From the NCBI RefSeq assembly GCF_001194135.2, contig NC_068983.1, forward strand, positions 15,855,560-15,917,250: a DNA stretch of 61,691 nt. The letters run 5' to 3'. This document shows, one piece after another, positions 13,870-26,951 of this stretch. The stretch is from Octopus bimaculoides. Lineage: Eukaryota. The translations under genes and the position numbers were made by a program. The notes beneath the pieces were generated by a model that was not told where the DNA came from, did no database searches, and saw nothing but the letters and a program-made list of their open reading frames with translations. Numbering within the stretch: the first letter of the stretch is position 1; each line of letters opens with the position of its first letter.

Positions 13870-14249
13870 NNNNNNNNNNNNNNNNNNNNNNNNNNNNNNN
13901 NNNNNNNNNNNNNNNNNNNNNNNNNNNNNNNNNNNNNNNNNNNNNNNNNNNNNNNNNNNNNNNNNNNNNNNNNNNNNNNNNNNNNNNNNNNNNNNNNNNN
14001 NNNNNNNNNNNNNNNNNNNNNNNNNNNNNNNNNNNNNNNNNNNNNNNNNNNNNNNNNNNNNNNNNNNNNNNNNNNNNNNNNNNNNNNNNNNNNNNNNNNN
14101 NNNNNNNNNNNNNNNNNNNNNNNNNNNNNNNNNNNNNNNNNNNNNNNNNNNNNNNNNNNNNNNNNNNNNNNNNNNNNNNNNNNNNNNNNNNNNNNNNNNN
14201 NNNNNNNNNNNNNNNNNNNNNNNNNNNNNNNNNNNNNNNNNNNNNNNNN

Positions 14250-14303
<54 letters not shown>

Positions 14304-15228
14304 ATATATATATATATACATATAGGGAGATATGGTTATGTTATAAATATATATATCAAATGGTTATTATATACACAAACACATGCAATGTGTGTGTGTG
14401 TGTGTGTGTGGAGTGTATGGATATGTATGTATATACGCACACGCACAATAAATCATACATATTCATACATACATACATACATACATACATACACGAACGC
14501 ATACAGTTACATAAATGCACAGAAGATTGAAATACGGTTGAACATGGACAAAAGCGGTGTTCAAAATGGCAGACAACCGTTACATAATTGTCTACCGACA
14601 CTCCTCTCCCCCTTTCTACTTTTCTCTCCTTCTTTTCTCTTGAGGCCAGTACAGCTGATGGCCAACCACTTAAGATTAATATTAATCATCTCTTGACTCT
14701 TCTCGACATTTGCTCTCTTACAAATTTCATAATTGCTCTTCAAGGCAACAACCTTAATTGTTTGCATATAGCTGTTCGTTCGTCTCAACAAACCAGCGAA
14801 ATTAAGACAACAAGAGTTGTAGTATTTGCTGCAGTTTCAATTTCTGAAGTCCTAGTTTAACGTAGTTTAACTTCCAAGTAGGAAAGAAATAGGAAGGCCG
14901 AATGGTTGTAGTCCCCTGTCAAATAACTGGATCATAGTTTAAATTTACGTATATGTATGTGTATGTATATATACATATATTTGTGTGTATATATGTATGT
15001 ATATATGCATGGATGTATATATGTATGTATATATGTATGTATATATATGCATGTATACATATATGTATGTATATATATATGTGTGTATATATACATACAT
15101 ACACACATACGTATGGGAGGTCATCTTCTTTTGGGTGTCTCCTCACACGGCCGGCGTCGGAAATAATATACTAATAATAAACGAAAACACATAAAAATAA
15201 ACAAGCTTTTGATGGTTTTATAGATACA

Positions 15229-15749
15229 CTATGTGTACTTCCATTTTAAAAGATGGTACGTTGGGATTTGAGGCATATTTCTCTTCTATTTCTGACGAGT
15301 ACTCCTATTCTATTGGAGTTTTTCAAAGCCTGGACAAGCTCTTGGTTCCGGTTTCCCGGTTTCTATGGCGTAGGTGTTCCCCACAGCTGGACGGGATGCC
15401 AGTGCATCGCAGCGTTACTCAAGAAACAGGAAGAAAGAGTGAGAGAAAATTGAGACCAAAGAGTACAACAGGGATCGCTATCCCCCCTGTCGGAGCCTCG
15501 TGGAGTTTAGGTACTTTCGCTCAATAAACACTCACAACGCCCGGTCTGGAAATCGAAACCGCGATCNNNNNNNNNNNNNNNNNNNNNNNNNNNNNNNNNN
15601 NNNNNNNNNNNNNNNNNNNNNNNNNNNNNNNNNNNNNNNNNNNNNNNNNNNNNNNNNNNNNNNNNNNNNNNNNNNNNNNNNNNNNNNNNNNNNNNNNNNN
15701 NNNNNNNNNNNNNNNNNNNNNNNNNNNNNNNNNNNNNNNNNNNNNNNNN

Positions 15750-15788
<39 letters not shown>

Positions 15789-16497
15789 TATGTATGTATG
15801 TATGCAGATAAACTTATTTTGAATTGAATGCATGGCGTTCAATCATATAATAATATAAATAATATATATATGCATATATACATTCATATATGTTCATACT
15901 TCATGGCCACATAAAAGTGGAAAAAATCTGGGCAATTTACAATAAATCGATCAAGATAAGTTCCACTCAGAATGAGGACACTCTTCAGGTCTTGTAGCTT
16001 CAAAAAACGTTTACTAATATTTAAAAATAGTAAAAAGTAGAAATATTTGTACGTTTAAACAATTATTAGTACAATATATAAAGTATCAAAGTTTTATAAT
16101 AATAATCATCTGTCAAGTTAAAGGCATAAAACGTCTGAAGAAGAAATATTTTCTGTTGATTAAGAACTGGAAAGCATATAAAAAGATAGTGTACTAAATA
16201 CTATTCATACTGATGAACGTCCGCATTCATTTTTACCTTTATTTACTGTTCCAGGCTATCATAGTCGTTGATGTTATTTGTGGTTGTAGTCTAACCGAAA
16301 GCTAACATTGATCGAACAGCTCTGTGATCAAGAGGGTTCTCGCAGTTTCCCTTTCTCTCCTGTCTTTTATTCCGAGAGAGTGCGTCTAAGACCAGACATA
16401 CTATGTGTACTTCCATTTTAAAAGATGGTACGTTGGGATTTGAGGCAGATTTCTCTTCTATTTCTGACGAGTACTCCTATTCTATTGGAGTTTTTCA
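15229..16497. repeat. 97-bp direct repeat pair (15229-15325 and 16401-16497)
   Basis: CTATGTGTAC...GGAGTTTTTCA, 96/97 identical by eye. Confidence 0.9.
15326..15566 (-). mobile_element. SINE family II variant (head A + tail X); 5' end lies in an N-gap
   Basis: 15425-15566 matches the reverse complement of the 5497 head; 15326-15420 matches the tail of the 52290 copy. Confidence 0.85.
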
Positions 16498-16807
16498 TTT
16501 GAAAATATTTCTATCATTTGTCCGTTTCTTTGTCGGGTTTTATTTGCTATTGATAGTTGTGTAGTTCTCGAATCATTTAATAGTTGAATCATTTAATGTC
16601 CAGTGAAAGTATTCAGCTATACATATGAGCATATCTACGTTTATGTATGTGTATACATACGCGCATATATGACATCCTTAATCACGTTAAGTGACGATTG
16701 AATTATTCCTTTACGGTATCGCACTGCATCTAGGTGCTTATATTAATTTTTTGTATACGCATTAGTAGTCCGCTAAATCACCCATAAATTTTAATGGTAA
16801 ATATGTA

Positions 16808-16885
16808 TATATATACTGTCAGACGGAGTTGCCCGATATCTGCCGAACGAGCAGTCCTTACTGACGATGCCTACGGAAATAGGCG

Positions 16886-16937
<52 letters not shown>

Positions 16938-17228
16938 GTGTGTCACAATCGACAGACTATCGCATGGTGCTAACATCGCTGGTTATAATGCGCTTCCTTT
17001 CCCAATTGTAGCTTTCGAGTGATACCACCTCGCTGGTTAAGTGGACAGGAAAATACTCCCCCTGAAAAGAACGACTGTCCATCGCAGGGTCACCCATTTG
17101 CAGCTGACTGGAAAAACGTCAAAGGAAGTATTTTGCGCTAGAGCATAAAGCGCTGCCAGTCTCAAAATGGAAACCGTGATCTTCCGATTGTGAGTGCCAT
17201 ACGCCAGCCACTAGGCCGCGTGTCTTCA
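16808..17228 (-). mobile_element. Diverged tRNA/CORE-like SINE with GGGTGACCCTGCGATGGAC domain and a distinct tail, split by (CA)n
   Basis: Minus strand: CACGCGGCCTAGTGGCTGG head, GGGTGACCCTGCGATGGACAG, then TAACCAGCGAGGTGG... Confidence 0.6.
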
Positions 17229-17766
17229 CACACACACATGTATGTATGTATGTAAGTATGTATGTATGTATGTATTTTCCCATTCATAAATGCTTGAGAA
17301 GTCATGATTGTATAAGAACAGGGTTTGCAGGAAGGGAAGGGAAATGATATAATGGTTTAATTGCCATAGGAGTTGATAAACGATTAGAAAAGATCAGAGC
17401 CAGGTCGTTCTTGTGATACAAGGGTGCAATATAAGTTAAAAGAAGAAAAAAAAAAATGAAAAGAAAAGAAAAAAAAACGACTGAGCCTGAAGTGCACTCG
17501 ATTTGTTTGATAGATTGAAGCTTCGGGGACAGCTTCGGCAGTACGTAATGTGACAGAATCGTTTCAGAAACGTTCCGGTTCACTTGGTTAGAGTTAGGAG
17601 GTCTTCAGTTGGTGGCTTTGTCGTAAGTATTTGTGGACAAAAGTTACCCAAACAGTTAATGCAACTTTGTGAAACATCAAATATACATTTTTCAGCAGAT
17701 TGTTTTGTCCTCCACTCACACTATAACTTTAAAGGTTATTACCGGGATTTATTATTCAGTTATATC

Positions 17767-17797
<31 letters not shown>

Positions 17798-17972
17798 GAG
17801 TCTGTCTGTTTGTCTATTTATCTATCTGTTTGTCTACCTGCTTCTCTCTTATTCGCTCTCCCTTCCCCCTCTCTCTCTCTCTATGTATGTACGTGTACAA
17901 AGATAGATAGACACGCGCGCGCGTATCATGTGGAGCTGAGTCAAACTGTTATTAGAAATATATACATTAGAT

Positions 17973-18006
<34 letters not shown>

Positions 18007-18939
18007 TGTGTCCCTCGTGTGTGTGTGTAGCAACTGAGGCAGTTGAAGGATAACAATATTAGTCAAAGCTACTTTAGAAGAATAGGATGTAAGGATGCTG
18101 TTCGAAGTAATGGTTAGAATAGAAAAAAAAATGAAAAGAAAAAAAGAGTGACTTGAAAGAGTTGTGGAAGGAAGAAAAAAGGAACTTGAGAGAAATGGAA
18201 TATTCAGAGTGAACATGGTTGAAGTAGAAAAGAAAATAAAAAAATAAAAGAGGATGGAGGGTTTAAAAATTAGTCGGGTAGGAGGAGATAGAAGTTGAGA
18301 TTGATAAAGGAAAGAATATGATTATGAGATGAGAGATGAAGATTTAAAAGAGTAAAAGAACTGTAGAAAAGACATGTAAATTATAGCGGAACTTTAATGT
18401 TCAGAGAATTTAAACTCCTGTTGTTGTGAACGGGTGGCCAGCCAATCCTGAAAGTATTGAAATTTACCTCACCTTCTCATCTACAAAAGATGAGGGCGTT
18501 TCATCACTTGGAATAATGGAATTCGAATGGTAAAGATGTAAGAGAAAATGTTTTGTATTGTTCGCTGTGGCAGCTGTTCAGATAGGGTACGGATACGTTG
18601 TCAGCTGTTATTGGACGATCTGACGCTAAACACATGGTTTAGAGCGGTGTGATGTTCATGTGTGAAACTGAACACACACAAGCACGCGCGAGCGCCTACG
18701 CACACATGCGCACACACAAGTATGTGGTAATGTGTGTGTGAATTGGTGTGGGATTGAAAAGAATATATACATATACATGCATATACATACATACATACAC
18801 ATGCATATATACACACACACACATACACACACACATATATATATGTATATTCTCTTCTGTTTTTGATTATCTAAATTCTTCCCCAGAGGAAGGAGCTGGT
18901 TTCTAACAAAGATACAAGGCTCCATCGGTGGAATGAAGA

Positions 18940-20770
18940 TAACGAAACCAGTGACGTACTTTAAACTTTGAGTAAAAGCCTTGCATATTTTTACTGTTCC
19001 ACTTACAGACTCTATTTGTAATGTGTGAGTTAACTGGTTGATTACTTTTTCCGAAGATCCAAGCTTATCCAGACTGTCAGTTAGGCATTTACTCAGAAAA
19101 CTAAGTGTACCAAGTATTATTTGTATAAATGTAAATTTCTAAGATGGATATAGAAGCTGGTGATTTCGAAGCAGTTGTCCGTAGTTATCCTCTTTTTGAT
19201 TTCCAGAGACATTTACACCAGTAGAACAACTGGGACAGTACATACTTCTTTTTGTCTGTCTCAAACAACAATATACAGCATGTTATGCTTACACTTGACA
19301 AATGTCTTAATGAAAATGTTCTACCAGTATTCTTTGTGCTGATATTTATGTACGTATTCAATAACAGGGGGATTCTCTATATTTATTCTAGAACAGTCTT
19401 TTTTCCGGATGGCATTGTATATTGTTTTTGCCACAACATCGTGTCGCATAGGAGGTAGTACCTTGATGACATTTTTGGGCAGCTGCTAATGACATATGTG
19501 ATGTCTTACAAAATATATGACATAATCTACATCTTATGTTGATCTTGGAACTCCAAGGGTTTCACTGTCTTTTTTATTAGGCATTTAATAGAAATCTCCT
19601 GTTCTTGGAGTGAAAATGCATTAGCCTTCGAAGAGTGGGGTGAAGTAGCAGTCAGGAGTTAAAGAAGCTTCGCTTCATGTCAATATTACTGTCTTCTTCA
19701 AGTCTTCAGGAAAGACTCACGTATGATATTTCTTTTTTTGTTTGATGAGTGTTTCACATCCAGATCTTTGAGCTATATTAGTCAGGCTATTTTGGGATTG
19801 AATGGGAGGTCACCAGGAAGAAAGGGCTTCCTGAGGTGCTCGCGTCCAAAACGTAGGGTATTGTTCTCTTCACTTTACAACACAAAGTTAATGTATTTAT
19901 TTTTGCTGCGGTTGGTTAGGAAGTGCTGTCTGAGAGAGACTATATAGCATTCGAATGCTATCTGCACTGATCTCAAGCCTCTACTTCCTTCATCTTTCCT
20001 TAGGAGCACTCCGTCGGTTACGACGACGAGGGTCCCAGCTGATACGGTCAACGGAACAGCATGCTCATGAAATTAACGTGCAAGTGGCTGAGCAATCCAC
20101 AGACACGTGTACCCCTAGCGTAGTTCTCAGGAAGACTCAGCGTGACACAGAGTGTGACAAGGCTGGCCCTTTGAAACACAGGTACTACTCCTTTTTGCCA
20201 GCGGAGTGGACTGGAGCAACGTGAAATAAAGTGTCTTGCTCAAGGACACAACGCGTTGCCGGGAATTGAACTCACAACCTTACGATCATGAATGGAATGC
20301 CCTAACCACTAAGCCACGCACCCTCTCATCTTTCCTTAAGTAAAGCCTGTCAACATTACTATTTCTGCAGAGATTTCCAGCTGATGTCAATATCTTGTGG
20401 GTTTTAACACCCATGGAGTGGATTTCCTCTGCAGACAAGTCAACTATCTCAAATGTTGGAATCAGAAAATGCATTGTGGGATATTGTCTTGTTGCAAGAG
20501 GAGATTTCCGACTGCCATATTTTTCTAAGTCTGGTATAATAATCTCGTGTCACTCTATCTTTATTCACAATACTTTGGTATGACGTTTTCTTCAATGCGT
20601 AGGTACTTGTAGCATTCTTTGTGGGGGACTGAAGAGACAGTGAGGCCATTGATGCACAAGTTTAGGGTCTGGGAGACTGATTTTCTCTGTTCAACAGTGA
20701 AATATGAACATTTCTTTTGGCCAAATTCCATTCCTGCGTCAGCTGAAAATGTCATTGATTTTAGCTGTTT
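18940..20770 (-). mobile_element. R4/Dong-like non-LTR retrotransposon fragment (RT thumb, CCHC knuckle, RLE C-terminus)
   Basis: Minus strand: FSADAGMEFGQKKCS..YKYLRIEEN; CRLC..DITYVISSCPKMSSRYYL..RHDVVAKTIYNAIRKK; EDNYGQLLRN..IILGTL..QIESVSGTVKICKAF; frameshifted; interrupted by the SINE at 20003. Confidence 0.82.
20003..20325 (-). mobile_element. SINE family II variant (head B + tail Y)
   Basis: GCGTGGCTTAGTGGTTAGGG head, CORE-like TTGAGCAAGACAC, tail GACGGAGTGC; 13-bp TSD TCATCTTTCCTTA at 19990-20002 and 20326-20338. Confidence 0.92.
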
Positions 20771-21009
20771 TTTGGCATTGTTAACATTTTAAGCATAAAT
20801 CTTGAGCTGACCCACAAAGAAATTATAGGTTACATTAATATCTCTAGCAGTTACAGGCCCTAGCATGTAGCGATTTTTGCAGCAGGAATGGTAATGGATT
20901 TAACGCCAAAATTAACAGAATCAAAGAGAGATGATCTCCTTAGAATATTCCTTTTGAAATATTTATAGAATTGGAGACGATTGTTCCACTCTCCGTTCTA
21001 AATGTGACG

Positions 21010-21100
21010 ATTTTGATTTTGTTGACTACCAGTATTGTAGGGTCAGTTGGGCACTGTCTGTGAGAAAACAACACCATGACGCAATTCACTCTACCAGAAA
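21010..21100 (+). mobile_element. 5' fragment of the same DD37D transposon family as 7761-9032
   Basis: GATTTTGTTGACTACC...CTGTGAGAAAACAACACCATGACGCAATTCACTCT matches ~7815-7910. Confidence 0.8.
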
Positions 21101-23923
21101 CATATCAAAAGAAGTCTGCTTTTTCCTGCTTTTCAAAATGTTATGAAAATGCGGTAAAGCAGTGTTATTAAATAAAGCAGCTGCATGACTTGTAGATACT
21201 TTTTCAGGGTGATATTTTTCTACAAATTCAGGAACTTACTGCCACTTTGCCAACACTGCCTTTATGTCACTCGTAGAGATAGCTTTCTCCGCTACACTGT
21301 CCTCCTCCGGGCAACTTATCTCTTCCACCGCATCCGAATGCTGCTGCTCTTGAAGCGCTGGAGTGTTCCTCGACGAAATCATTAATGTCCCCATCATCAA
21401 CCTCGTGGCCCATAGACTTGCCAAGATACTCTAATTCCTCGATTACAGGCGTCTCAAACTCAAACTCTTCGAAGTCTCTTCCGCATACGCAGTCAGGCCA
21501 CAGTCTCCTCCTTGCAGAATTCAGCGTTCTCGTTACACCCTGCCAGGCTATATCGATGATTTTCGGGCAGTTAACACTGTTTTAGGGCTCCTTCTAAATC
21601 TCACGAAGGGTTAGATTTGTATTTCCGGTGACTTCAAATCACCGATGAAACAAGGTGTTCGGTGTACATTTTCTTAAAATTAGAAATCGCATGGTCCATG
21701 GGCTGCAAGATAGGGGTGGTGTTGTATGAAAGGTTTAATACTTTTATGAATTTAAATAGGTTCAGGATATCATCTTCGAAGTTAGGAGGGTGAGCAGGAG
21801 CATTTTCGTGGGTGAGGAAGGCCTTGAGAGGAAGATCGTTCTCCAGAAGGTACTTTTTCACTGCTGGTCCGAAGGTGAGGTTGACGCACTTGGTGACCCA
21901 GACTTTAATGTTTGCCCTCCACATGACCTGCAGCATCTCCCACAGGATTTTGCGTGACTTGAACGCTCGTGGGTTTTCAGAATGGTAGGCAAGGAGCGGC
22001 TTAATCTTCAAGTCTCCACTCGCATTGGCACAAAGGGTGAGAGTTAACCTATCTTTCATGGGCTTGTGGCCTGGCATTTTCTTCTCCTTTGCAATTATGT
22101 AGGTTCTTATGGGCATTTTTTTTTCCAAAAAAGGTCTGTTTCATCACAGTTGAATACCTGTTGTACGATGTACCCCTTGGCTGCGATGAGTAGACGGAAT
22201 TCACGCACGCAATCCTCAGCTGCCTTCGTGTCAGAACTTGCTGCTTCTCCATACCTGACGACGCTATGAACACCAGTTCTCTTCTTGAAATCATCGAACC
22301 GCCCACAATTGGTCTTAAATGCATCTGCTGATGTGTCCTCCGTCGATGTTCTAGGGTTCTGCGTCAGAAAATCCCTATACATCGCTTGTGCTTTCTCGCA
22401 GATGATGGTCTCCGTAATCTTATCCCCTGCGAGTTGCTTCTCGTTGATCCACGGGAGAAGCCATTTTTCCATCACTTCGTGGACAGATGTGCGTTGCTTA
22501 GAGAGCCTGGAGAACCCTTTGCTCTTGTAACGGCCTTGATCTCGTCTTTTTTCTTTAGGATGGTGCAGATCGTCGACCTGCTTCGGTCTTATTCACGTGC
22601 TATGTCCTCTACACGCACTTTTCTCTCATGTTTATCAATCATATCCTTATTCAATTCTGTTGTAATCAGCTTTTTCTTTTTCTCAGTACTGTCCTTGGAT
22701 CTTTTTTAAAACGGGGGCCACATTTTTCATTAATGTTTTACGTAGTGTTTTTGGTACCGAAAGTCTTTCAAACTTCGTATACTTATCTATTTTGGGATCT
22801 ATTTTAAAACGGGGGCCACATTTTTCATTAATGTTTTACGTAGTGTTTTTGGTACCGAAAGACTTTCAAACTTCGTATACTTATCTATTTTGGGATCTNN
22901 NNNNNNNNNNNNNNNNNNNNNNNNNNNNNNNNNNNNNNNNNNNNNNNNNNNNNNNNNNNNNNNNNNNNNNNNNNNNNNNNNNNNNNNNNNNNNNNNNNNN
23001 NNNNNNNNNNNNNNNNNNNNNNNNNNNNNNNNNNNNNNNNNNNNNNNNNNNNNNNNNNNNNNNNNNNNNNNNNNNNNNNNNNNNNNNNNNNNNNNNNNNN
23101 NNNNNNNNNNNNNNNNNNNNNNNNNNNNNNNNNNNNNNNNNNNNNNNNNNNNNNNNNNNNNNNNNNNNNNNNNNNNNNNNNNNNNNNNNNNNNNNNNNNN
23201 NNNNNNNNNNNNNNNNNNNNNNNNNNNNNNNNNCCTTTGGCTGATTAAGCCATAGCTTCGTTTTATTTGCTTTTTTCATTTTAAATTTGCTTTTTTCATT
23301 TTCTTTTTTTCTTCTTCGTTTTATTTGCTTTTGTCTTTTTAAATTTGCTGTTTTACCCTAACCCTAACCCTATCACCGATAGAATTGTTTCATAATCGTT
23401 TGTTTATGTAGTCGGCACTTAATGTATATCGGCTGAATGGACGTCAGTGATTGGTTGAAATTACAGAAATACGACAACTTTAACACGGAATAACTTAGGG
23501 ATTTCTTCTTTTTTTAAGAAGACTAAGAGAAAAAGATGTTTTATATGACACATTCTACCAGTGTTCCAAGTTTCAAAGTGTTTCGTTAATGAAAAATGTG
23601 GCCCCCGTTTTAAAAAAGATCCCTGTCCTTTGCCACAAACCTTCTTAGGATCCATGACTAACACAACTAACTATTACAAAATAATAGCAAAAAAAAAACA
23701 ACTCAAAAATTAAAAAGAAACAGGGGTGCTGCCACAACGAGATAAGCACGTGAACTGAGCGAGCGGAGGCTGCGCTTGTTGGGCGAACGCGTGTGAAGTC
23801 AGCACTGACCAGCGGTAGCTTGTATGTGATCCGCTCGTACTTCAAGACAAAAATTCGCTTGAGCCTCGGCTCGTACAGCAAATTACTCATGCAATGCTGC
23901 ACTCGTACTGCGAGGTTCTACTG
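21100..23923 (-). mobile_element. Tigger/pogo (TIGD1-like) transposon, decayed transposase, interrupted by a MITE
   Basis: 5' TIR CAGTAGAACCTCGCAGTACGAG with TA flank at 23924; MDPKKV; CENP-B-type HTH (MEKWLLPWINEKQLAGD..IICEKA); QQVFNCDET; KDRLTLTLCANASGD; ENAPAHP; LQPMD; C-terminal EKYHPEK..KQTS. Confidence 0.93.
22697..23622. mobile_element. Merlin-like non-autonomous element with CCCTAA repeats
   Basis: TIR GGATCTTTTTTAAAACGGGGGCCACATTTTTCATTAA and its reverse complement; perfect 8-bp TSD CTGTCCTT (22689-22696, 23623-23630); CCCTAACCCTAACCCTA near 23356; internal gap. Confidence 0.8.
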
Positions 23924-24108
23924 TATATATATATAATGCGCATGATAAAAGGAAGTACTCAACACGTGCAACAGAGTTCATTCGTTTATTTGATTCTGAT
24001 CTTTCACCCTCATCAACATATTCAGTTTTCCGTTACTGTTTTTTCACAGTGCAAAGAACGCAATGTAATTCAGTACGGACGGAGGGAATCCTCGTTTACG
24101 AATAAGTC

Positions 24109-24149
<41 letters not shown>

Positions 24150-24727
24150 GCGCACACACAGGGATACGGGTGCAAACATTCACACGTATATATACATGCA
24201 TGTATATATATATATATATATANNNNNNNNNNNNNNNNNNNNNNNNNNNNNNNNNNNNNNNNNNNNNNNNNNNNNNNNNNNNNNNNNNNNNNNNNNNNNN
24301 NNNNNNNNNNNNNNNNNNNNNNNNNNNNNNNNNNNNNNNNNNNNNNNNNNNNNNNNNNNNNNNNNNNNNNNNNNNNNNNNNNNNNNNNNNNNNNNNNNNN
24401 NNNNNNNNNNNNNNNNNNNNNNNNNNNNNNNNNNNNNNNNNNNNNNNNNNNNNNNNNNNNNNNNNNNNNNNNNNNNNNNNNNNNNNNNNNNNNNNNNNNN
24501 NNNNNNNNNNNNNNNNNNNNNNNNNNNNNNNNNNNNNNNNNNNNNNNNNNNNNNNNNNNNNNNNNNNNNNNNNNNNNNNNNNNNNNNNNNNNNNNNNNNN
24601 NNNNNNNNNNNNNNNNNNNNNNNNNNNNNNNNNNNNNNNNNNNNNNNNNNNNNNNNNNNNNNNNNNNNNNNNNNNNNNNNNNNNNNNNNNNNNNNNNNNN
24701 NNNNNNNNNNNNNNNNNNNNNNNNNNN

Positions 24728-24758
<31 letters not shown>

Positions 24759-24767
24759 GTATATATG

Positions 24768-24846
<79 letters not shown>

Positions 24847-25400
24847 ACATACATACATACATACATACATTCATACATACATTCATACATACATATTCAC
24901 GTGTATATATATATGTGTGTGCATGTGTAGGGAGAAAGGGAGAGAGATAAATGTAGATGTATGTATACAAATTTTGAATATATGAAGAACGATGGATGAA
25001 AAATGGCAGGAAGTGAGAGAGGGGTAGAAGAGGGGAGAGGGGGAAAGGAGGGAACAGATGGTAGAGGTGGAAAGAGTGGATAGAGGAGGGGAGAGGTGAG
25101 AGAGAAAGGAAGATAGAGAAGGGGAAAGAGAAAGACGAAGAGGGGAGAGTAGGAGAAAGGGGGGGGCTTGTATAAATTGAAGAGTGTTCAAACAAACTGC
25201 CATGTTTAAAAAGGGTTGTTTAACTTGATAAAGAAACAAGAATTACCCAGAAGCAATGCTGTTTGTCGTCTCATTAATAAAAATGCGATGGATGATATTT
25301 CACTGAAATTATTATTTTTGCGGGGTGGAGAACGTAGGGGCATAGTCTTTGTCAGGATAGGAACAGTTGCTGAAACTGACCTACACATATATCCTATATC

Positions 25401-25833
25401 GGCGATCTTTCGATACCAGTACGAAATATCGGCCTTTTCCGTAAAAAGTGTCTTTGGCGATCTTTACCAAAGATCGGCCTTTTCCGTAAAAAGTGTTGGA
25501 GGGAAAGAGGGAAACGACGTCGTAAAAGCGAAAGAGATACAGAGAGCGCGATTTCTGTTAAAGGGCTTAGGGTTACGGTTACGGTTAGGGTTTTAGGGTT
25601 AGGGTTTGGGTTTTAGGATTTGGGATAGGGAATTGCGTCCCTAACCGTAACCGTAACCGTAACCCTAAACACTAACTCTAACCCTAACCCTAAAACTAAC
25701 CCTAAAACCCTAACCCTAACACCCTAGTGAAGATCGTGCGAGTGTTACGGAAAAGGCCGATCTTTGGTAAAGATCGCCGAAGACACTTTTTGCGGAAAAG
25801 GCCGATATTTCGTACTGGTATCGAAAGATCGCC
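25401..25833. mobile_element. Merlin-like MITE with ~89-bp TIRs and head-to-head telomere-like arrays
   Basis: TIR GGCGATCTTTCGATACCAGTACGAAATATCGG..., about 2 mismatches; TSD CCTATATC/CCTGTATC (7/8); (TTAGGG/TTACGG)n ~25566-25630 then (CCCTAA/CCGTAA)n ~25638-25725. Confidence 0.82.
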
Positions 25834-26897
25834 CCTGTATCAAGTATACCATCACGTATTTGACAAAACGCTAACCTGATGAAGGACAGTGTCCGTTGTT
25901 TTATATATATCTATACAAAGTGTATGCGCATGTGTGTCTGTTTGGGAGAGTGGATATTGATTGTAATGATATGCGTTTAGTACAATTATGTTCAAATTAA
26001 AACCGTTTAAAGCCTAAAGTGAAAAGGATGAAAACGTAGGTACGAAAAATATTGCAGAAAAATGTAGAACCAACGAATGGTTTGGAAGATGCTAAATATT
26101 CCTCCGCTCCTCCTCCTCCTCTTCTTCCTCCGCTCCTCCTCCTCCTCCTCCTCCGCTCCTCCTCCTCCTCCGCTCCTCCTCATCCTCTAGAGTGTGCGCG
26201 TGCACGTGCGAACCTCTCTGCGTGTGTGTATGCAAGTGCATAGCATACATTTCGGTAGGTTTGGAATTAGATATATTATCAAAGAACCAGTCTGACGGAG
26301 AGGTCATGAATAGAATGAGCCCATAATGCAAGTGGCAACTTCTTTTGACAAGAAGCCATAATTGAATACGCTAAAAGTCTATTTGCAGGACTTGCGCTAA
26401 ACAATCTATCATAATCTCTTGATAGTTCTGTTGTACAGGCTGCAATTGCACAGTTGTGTAGGAAAACAACATGATTATCCCAGTTATTTACCTTTGCTGC
26501 CACAGAAGGACTTTAGATGACCGTTTAGAAATAGTTGGATGACTGCATTTAGTAGTGTCTCGTGGCATATATGGAGAATGACCTTATGGAGGTTCTCCGT
26601 TGTCTATTTGTTGTATTGAATGTTTGTGCGTTGTGCCGTGTGGAGAGCAAAACAAAGAAGAATGGTTAGATGTGTAGTTAACTATAAGAACCATTGTGTC
26701 TGGAAATGCGTATAGAGAGTGAGGGATAAAGAAATTAAAATAGGAAAAGTTATTGATAAACTTAGTATACAGATACACATGTGCTTGTATGTATGTATGT
26801 ATGTATGTATGTATGTATGTATGTATGTATATGTGTTTGTATGTATATGCACATACCCATGCACATAAATACATGAGTCGTTTATGTATGTATATAC

Positions 26898-26951
<54 letters not shown>

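Noticed and set aside
17533-17548. GCTTCGGCAGTAC match to the U6 5' end
   Set aside because: Only 13 nt with no continuation; chance match.
23355-23372. True telomere or chromosome fusion site at the TTAGGG/CCCTAA repeats
   Set aside because: Arrays are short, degenerate and enclosed by TIRs and TSDs, so they are transposon cargo.
26330-26515. Protein-like frame QEAIIEYAKSLFAGLALNNLS*SLDSSVVQAAIAQLCRK
   Set aside because: Interrupted by stops, no recognisable family, no splice support.
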